From contig OX597820.1 in the NCBI GenBank assembly GCA_951406725.2, forward strand, positions 42,842,001 to 42,906,000: a stretch of 64,000 nucleotides of DNA. Reading direction: 5' to 3'. Origin of the DNA: Octopus vulgaris (lineage: Eukaryota). Under the pieces are notes generated by a model. The model was not told where the DNA came from, did no database searches, and saw only the letters and a list, made by a program, of their open reading frames with translations. The stretch's first letter is position 1. Every line of letters begins with the position of its first letter. Below are positions 56,915 to 64,000 of the stretch, piece after piece. Made by a program: the position numbers and the translations under genes.

Positions 56915-58110
56915 CAAGGGCCCGGGAACAGGGGGTGCAGCGGGTGCACCTACACCCCTTGGAATTTTCAGGTGATGCAAGATCAAAATTTGCACCCCCT
57001 ACATAATTTTACCAGTTTCAGAAAATAGGGTCTAAAAAGTTACCTGTATAAAGCAAAAACAAAGAACAAAAATAAATAAATAAATAAAAGTGATGAAGCT
57101 GGGCTTAAAATTCTCAAGGGAATTTATGATTGACCAGAAGCGTCAAGAGAAAGAAAAATTATGTGACAACAGCAACAGTAGCAGCAAACACCAAGAACAA
57201 CAAACATGACCAGCATCTACGGCTACTCTTCATACTTGGTTTCTTGAAAACAGCCGCTAATGCTGTTCTCTTTGTAGTTGATGTCGCTAAAGACTGACGA
57301 CATGGTTGAATGGATTCAACTGTTTGACCTCAGCCTAAAAATAAAAGCCCTTTTAAAATGCTTTCAGTCATATCGGTTTTCTCATTTAGGTTGTTAGGTC
57401 CAAAGTTTGACAAGGGAACAAAATGATTTATTTTTATGTTTGATTGTTAAATGCTCATTGTTAAATGCCTTGATATTTATTGCTCATTCGAAATACTAGT
57501 CCAGTTTAATAAAAAAAAAATTTTTTAAAGATTTTGAAAGGAAACATTTAACTATAAATGATTGCAGACCAACTCCGAAATTACCTAATTTGCGAAGAAA
57601 TGTATTCGCCAATTTCAGACTAATCGACATAAAAAGGAAATGATATTAAAAGCATTACCTACCGTCATCCTGACGCGGTTAACCACGAAGAGGTGCTTTT
57701 TTCGCTCATAAGTCTAACCCTAGCTGAGGCCAACATATGGGCTAATATGCTTTTAACAGGGGTCTTTAATTTTATTAATCTTAGCTGGTCCGAGGATTAT
57801 ATCCAGCCTGGAGCTAAGCAACTGAAGTGGAGGGATACGAACGCTTTCCTCGATACAACAAAAGACTTTCCCATATATCATTACCCGTCCAATTAGGGGA
57901 AAATAGCATACTCGACTTTATTCACCATGTTCAATTCCAACTTTGAGATTTTACGTTTTATTCACAATCTTATAGTGATGTAATATTAGATACGAGAATA
58001 TAACGAAATGATAGAATATTAAATGTCCATTCTGATTGAACTAGTACTTTCATGCATTAAACTATGCAATCTTCAGACTCATATACTCGTGGTGACAGTT
58101 ATGTTTTACA
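56915..58110 (+). mobile_element. Possible degenerate hAT-type transposon
   Basis: Terminus-like CAAGGGCCCGGGAACAGGGGGTGCAGCGGGTGCA; weak peptide relics FLDTTKD and RGDSY. Confidence 0.4.
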
Positions 58111-58619
58111 ATTTCTAACTGTAGTCAGTGGATAAGCTGTGTTCCAGAATGTTAAATTTAGCAAACTGTATTCTGACCAATCTGTGTGTAATTTTACTAA
58201 TTTATTTAATTTGATTGTTTGGTTTAGGCGTCACGGTTTGTTGAACATGTCAAGAGACCTGTGTTTTGCCCTTAGCCAAAGCAGTAATTGTTGGTCTATT
58301 TTTAGAAATGTTGTAAATATTATTTCCCAGGGATTTTTATATTTCAGTTATCGTCATCATCATTACCATCTCCTTTATTATTGTTGTCGCTGTTAGTGGC
58401 GGTGGCGGTGGTAGGAGTAGCTGTGGTAATAGAACTTTAAACCCGAAAATAAGATTATTTTTATTGACTTTTAGCTGGTATTTTCATGCTATCATCATAA
58501 TGAGCACCTTTAGTGTTGTTAGTGGTCGTAGCAGTAGAAAGAGTACCTCTAAGTATTATTATTATTGTTTATTTAGCTTGGTGCGGTATTTATTAATAAA
58601 GATCTTTTCTCTGATTTTT

Positions 58620-59420
58620 CTCTCAATTTCACTTGGACTGTATAGTTTGTAGAATGAAAATATATTTTCCGTCTGCATTTAGCTAGCTGATTGCTCAAAG
58701 ATATCTGACGGACATCTGGGTCTCTAATTTGTATCGGTGCACACGTGAACGTTCTGATAGTGCATTTTCAGTCTGTCCATATAGAGTTCTTCACAATTTA
58801 GGCATTTGGTACAGTAAGTAAATTTTTTACTTTTGTGAATATTTGATGCAGTAAATTAAATATTTGCTTTTTAATATTTTCCCAGCTTTTGTGTTCCTAT
58901 ATTGGCCGGTATGAATGGATTGGCACGTGTGCCACACCAGCTGTCACTGCATTTAGATACAGTGAATGATTGGTCTTCTTTTGCTAAGGTCTAACTTTGC
59001 TTTTTAATAATTTTTTTCAAGTTTTTAGACTGTTTTTTTACTAAGAACCATAGTTCGATCTGTGATTATATTTTTTAATTCATTTGAGCAATGGTTGGTA
59101 GGTTTGCTTTGGCAATGTTGAAGATATTCTGGTGACATGGGTTGTGTGTCACTATAAATGGTATGACATGTTCCAGTTATCCTCTTCTTTCGGTTGTTCT
59201 CAGTTGTTGTATGGGTAATTTTATAGCTCGCTGTATGCCATTTTCTATAAGTAGAGTACAAAGTATGGAATGTTGCGTTTTGTATGTGGTGGATAGCATG
59301 ACTTACAATTCAGGTATTGATGTGCGTCCGTGTGTTTGTGGTATATATCTGTGGTAATGGTGGTGTATTTTTTAATTGCCATTCTATCTAGGAATGGTAA
59401 TTTGGTACTACTCATCTCTT
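58620..59420 (-). mobile_element. Penelope-like element (Neptune-like) RT thumb, Cys linker and GIY-YIG relic
   Basis: LPFLD..TDIYHKHTDAHQYL..HTKRNIPY; KCSDSWCGT; KCLNCEELYxGQTENALSERSRVHR. Confidence 0.85.
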
Positions 59421-59444
59421 TAGTAGGTTCCGAAGGATATTTAC

Positions 59445-59560
59445 AGCTGAGCAAGGTGAAATGAAATGTTTTGCTCAAGAACATAACGTGCTGCCTTGTC
59501 TGGAGAGTCGAACCAGCGATCGTGAATGCAACGCCCTAACCACTAGGCAACGCACCTTCA
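59445..59560 (-). mobile_element. SINE family C 5' part
   Basis: GTGAAGGTGCGTTGCCTAGTGGTTAGGGCG..GTTCTTGAGCAAAACA. Confidence 0.7.
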
Positions 59561-60199
59561 CACACACACTCACACACACACACGCACATACACACACACA
59601 CACACACACCTATATATCTCAAAATGCTCATAGGTATTGTTGCAACTATTTTTTAGTTAAGGAGACATATGGTTGAAGACGTTGCTTTTGTGACCATCTT
59701 GTTTATATTTCTAGCAGTGTATCTAGTATTCTTTTGTAAGAAGACAACAGTGATCTGAGGGAGATTTGGCTGTTATTTCTAGTATGGTGAGCGATCTCAT
59801 AGCGCCCACCACATTGGTTCGAGAAACACAATGGTTGATGGGTCACGTGGGATGGATGATGGAAGGGGGACCAAAACTGGGCGAAAGGTCAAGTGACAAC
59901 AGGTAGAAGATAAGGGATGCTGTCACTTAAAAAAGGACGGGTGGGATATCACGTGATTGCACAGAACATCCTTGGCAGGATCATCATCACCATCATCGTC
60001 CCACGACCACTACTATCTTCATGCTACTATTGTCATCATCACCACAACCACTATCATCATCATCATCAAGGCCGACACTTGACCCTTCTTGCTTAATGAT
60101 GAGTGAAGGGGAGAGGAGTACGAAGAATTAAAACTATTATTATTGTAGCCCTTGTGGCCAATAAACGAATTATTAATGGATTGATAGTATCAATGAAGT

Positions 60200-60548
60200 A
60201 CTGGACGAAATGCTCGGCAGTATTTCTTCCGGAGTTTTGTCTTGAGCTCAAATCCCGTCCAAGTTAACTTTTGCTCTCTTCCTTTCTAGGCTGGCAGAAT
60301 CGTTAGAGCGTTGGGAAGATGCTTTGCGGCACTTCTTCAAATTCATTCTGCTGCGGTCATCTTTTCGAGATCGATGAATAAAGTACCAGTTAAGCACTTG
60401 GGTTGTTGTAATCGACTCCCTCACCGCCCCCCCCCCCCACTGCTGACTTTGTGCCAAGCAAACTTGAACTGATAACATTACAACTTTTAGGGCGGCGAGC
60501 TGGCAGAATCGTTAGCACGCCGGGCGAAATGCTTAGCGGTATTTCGTA
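60200..60548 (+). mobile_element. SINE family A fragments; the last is a well-preserved 59 bp head ending at GGTATTTCGT
   Basis: Head 60490-60548 is nearly identical to the head of the 30369 copy. Confidence 0.8.
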
Positions 60549-60719
60549 CGTGTGTTACTGAAAATTTATTGTTGGAGTGTGTTCGTAAGTTTCTGTTAAT
60601 TGTTATATCTCTTGTTGTGCCTATTGTTGGACTTATTGTTAAAAAAAATTTGTTGTAGTATAGTTTTCTTTCGAAAGCTATCTGGGGTTTCCCCTGTGGG
60701 GGAAAATATTAATTGCTGG

Positions 60720-61350
60720 CAAGGTGCCGAAGAGTTCGTCTTCGTCGGGGGACGAATCATCGATTGAGCGAGAAGAAAATAGAAAGCTTAATTTTTGATA
60801 ACGTTTCTGATATGTCGGAAAGCGAATTTCCGGCATTACCAAGAATTACGAACACGAAAAGAAAGACCGAAAAAAGGACCATCCAAAATAAAGAAAGAAA
60901 ATTTTTGCGTTAGCGGCTGGTGGTGGAACGCGACTGCTGTCAACTGACATAAAAGAATTATTAAACTATAAAGATATGATAACAGAACGAGATGGAATAG
61001 TAAAAGTGGAAATACCAGAAGAAGAATTAACAGAGGAAAAAAAGAAAATTATTATTTTTAAGACATTCTGCTTAGAAGCTTGTAAAATTGATAAAATATG
61101 TGAGCAAAAAATTGAAAACCCATCTGGCAGAACAAAAACACTCTATAAAATCTTTAAGAGTCGGAAGACACAATGTTAATCTCAATTTACATGGGAATGA
61201 GAGCATAAAAAGTGAGAATACCAAGAATTCCGCCCGGAATAAATCCTATGAGCTTGACGGTGGCAGTCCTGGCAAAAAGGGAAGATAATATTAACCTCCT
61301 GTAGGCTACAGTCACATAAAATACCTATTGGAGTGGTCAAACTCTTAACC
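60720..61350 (+). pseudogene. Possible decayed LINE ORF1-like sequence
   Basis: Purine-rich, K/E-rich overlapping short ORFs (SESEFPALP..) upstream of a Tx1-like RT. No firm motif. Confidence 0.3.
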
Positions 61351-61409
61351 TCATACTGCAGGGTGACCAAAAAATTTTAGAACAGCTCCCAGAAATCGGG
61401 GAAGTAGGA

Positions 61410-61995
61410 GAGGAAATTCTAAATATTTTTGTTGAGGGGCGTAAGCCACGATGTTTCCAGTGTGGCCCGGGCTGTGGAGTCTTGCGAAGAGCCAATCACG
61501 CCTGTGGAGGCTTTGGCCGACTGTAAAGCGAGTAAGTCGCCGGGACATGATGGTCTTCCGTACAAGCTGTATAAATGTATGCCAGACTTGTTCGGGCAAC
61601 TACTGACTGACGTGTACGCGAACTGGCAACAGAATGGGTTTATCCCCAGATCTGTGCGCCGGGGAGTAGTGACGTTGGTCAGAAAGGACCCGGACAAGGG
61701 GGATGTTATAGAGAATTTCAGGCCCATCACTCTATTAAACACAGAAGTGAAGAATTTGGCCAAGGTCTTAGCAAAAAGGTTGGCACGCGTCGCGAATGGT
61801 ATAATCGGGGAGGCACAAACATGCAGGCAGAACCACTCAGGATACCCTCCATCTTATTCGCTATAACATAGAGGGTTGGTAATAAATCTGGCAAAGGTGG
61901 GGCATTGGTACCTTTTAGACCAGTCTAAAGCTTTTGATTGGGTTGACCATCTATACCTGGCGAGTGTGCTTGCGCGGTTCGGACTGGGCCTTAGC
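61410..61995 (+). mobile_element. Tx1/L1-clade RT fragment
   Basis: KSPGHDGLP, GVVTLVRK, NFRPITLLNTEVKNLAKVLAKRL, LDQSKAFDWVDH. Confidence 0.85.
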
Positions 61996-62299
61996 CTCCC
62001 AACTAGAAACGAGCCTGATAGCAGTGAATGCTAACAACCAGGCATTAAAAAACTCCAACAGCAAAATAATACACCAATCATTATACTATTCTACCGGAAG
62101 GAATTGTAATCTATGAAATCGACAGAGACAATTACAATTTATTGTATAGCTACCGCTCGAAGGACACAGGCCCTCCAAGAATGAACATTTGCAAGTCCAT
62201 GTACGAGGGAAGATAGAGAGAAGGGATTACAATCCCTTCTTCTTCGAAAGGTAAACCACATTTTATGGTTTCGCTCACAGATTTATCCGCTCGGGGTGA

Positions 62300-62850
62300 G
62301 GAGAAACAGTAGGATATTTAAATTTCGTGGCCTCGGGTCGGATTGGAAGCAAGGTCGCTTTCTCAATGACCTTAGGCCACATAGACTGGATGTGATAGTG
62401 GCCACGAAGACCAAACTGATTAGGTTGCGGGACTTTTCCCCACTCCTGAACTCCATGCCAACCGGGTGGGTTGGGGGTAGTGGTGTCACGATCCTACCAA
62501 GGAAAAACCCGGTTTCCGAGACTAGAACAATCAGGCTGGTAGGTGTCTGTGTCCACTGCGGGGCTGGACAATCTGCTTTCTTTAGAAGCCTAGAAAATTT
62601 CCTTGGCACGTCTCACACTTTAGTACTGCTGGGTGACTTTAATACAATCTACGATGCACGTGCAGATTGTGTTGGATCAAATCCGAATAGAAGGGGAAAG
62701 CCATGCCTCGCCGATCTGCTTAGTCGCTTTCAGCTGGCAGATCGGTACAGACTAGAATTTCTGAACGCTCCATTGTGGACCTGGACGAATAGCGATAGGT
62801 CTTCGAATAGAATTTTAGTTAGACGGAAGGACGAGGAGTGCTAGATGTCC
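62300..62850 (+). mobile_element. Tx1/L1-clade APE endonuclease fragment
   Basis: FRGL..LDVIVATKTK, LVLLGDFN, LADRYR, WTW. Confidence 0.75.
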
Positions 62851-63179
62851 ATAATTCCACTTTGTTAACAACAGCAACCATAAACTTGTATCCTGTAAGC
62901 TGGTTGTAGATAGGATATGTAGACAAGGCCATTATTAACAACAAATGGTAGAGGCATTGGAGAAAGGTAGGGCAGCCCAAGTGTTGGCATCGAGATTGGC
63001 ACTCAACCAACACGTCGAGTATTTAATATGAAGTTTGGATTGTCAGGTCGAAGTTTCGTGCAATGGGTCGACAAGGATTCAACGCTGCGAGATGGTACCC
63101 TGTGGTAAACGAACCGGAGGAGATATGCAAGGTTCTTTACGAGCTTTTCAGACAGCTTTGCGATGACTGTACTGCCGCT

Positions 63180-63327
63180 GTCAGCGCTATGGCGACCAGA
63201 GCTCGCTCTGATCGCCATTGGGATGACTGACCACCGCTAGGAGCCCACAGTCAGTGCTATGGTGACCAGAGCGCGCTCTGAGCACCATTGAGATGACTGA
63301 CCCACGCTAGGATCCCACAGTCAGCAC
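63180..63327. repeat. 70 bp tandem repeat (about 2.1 units), each unit a hairpin
   Basis: TCAG starts at 63181, 63251 and 63321. Confidence 0.9.
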
Positions 63328-63610
63328 TTTCCAGGAAGTCCTCGAATTTTTCCAGGAAGTCTCTCATCCTCAGAATTATCCAGAAGTCTCATCCTCGTAA
63401 CTTTCCAGGAAGTCCTGGGAACTTTCCAAGAATTCTCTCATCATCTGAACTTTTCATGCAGTCCTCAGAATTTTCTAGGTGATATCATCCGCAGAAATTT
63501 CCAGGTATTCGTAGGAGTATTCCAGGAAGTCTCTTCGTCAGAACTTTCCAGGAAGTTTCATCGTCGGAACTCTCCAGGAAGTCTTCGGAATTTCCAGGAA
63601 GTGTCATCCC
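63327..63610. repeat. Degenerate minisatellite built on ACTTTCCAGGAAGTC
   Basis: About 11 imperfect units, roughly alternating 22 and 28 bp. Confidence 0.85.
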
Positions 63611-64000
63611 TATCTTATCTGTTGTTGATGACCATTTTGTTGAACAGAAAAGCTTCTTCGACAGTGCGATCCAAGCACTGCAACTGTGTCTTGCTCAGAT
63701 TATGAACATTTCAGCCGAATCCTCATGATAACAAAAATTATTATCATACATGCATTTTTTTATGTTAATATTGGAAAAATCCACATTTTTCATAAAAATA
63801 TTAGGACTTAGGTTTCCACCGCCTTAGCAAATTTTGTTGCTGGGCCACTGTACATATATGTATGTGTGTGTGTGTGTGTAGGTGAGTATGTGTGCCGGCA
63901 TATACATATGTATATATGAATATATATATATGTATATATATATATATATGTAGCTAGAACTATACATAGTGAGGTAATTCACCAGTAGTGTCTACAGATA

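Noticed and set aside
63180-63610. CRISPR-like repeat appearance
   Set aside because: The units are degenerate tandem repeats without unique spacers, there are no cas genes, and the context is eukaryotic.

Overview
AT-rich, microsatellite-saturated eukaryotic DNA. The repeat landscape is most consistent with an octopus or other coleoid cephalopod genome (inference from SINE and microsatellite style, not a database match). No host protein-coding gene is securely identified, and almost all ORFs in the track are translations of simple repeats. The window is a mosaic of transposable elements: about four tRNA-type SINE families, a near-intact 5'-truncated CR1-clade LINE (38590-41564), many R4/Dong-like fragments (several in (TAA)n arrays), and RTE, Tx1-like, Penelope-like (GIY-YIG), Tc1, mariner, hAT-like and Helitron relics. 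The most interesting signal is a set of short elements embedded in (TA)n tracts that carry hammerhead-ribozyme folds, often inside fold-back repeats. These include a complete type I hammerhead present on both strands of a 1.07 kb interleaved inverted repeat (8836-9908) and a hammerhead whose core shows the compensatory C3-G8 to G3-C8 swap (21426-21474). A CCAAT/GC-box promoter-like module lies at 28.4-28.5 kb. All alignments and folds were done by eye, and ends of degenerate elements are approximate.
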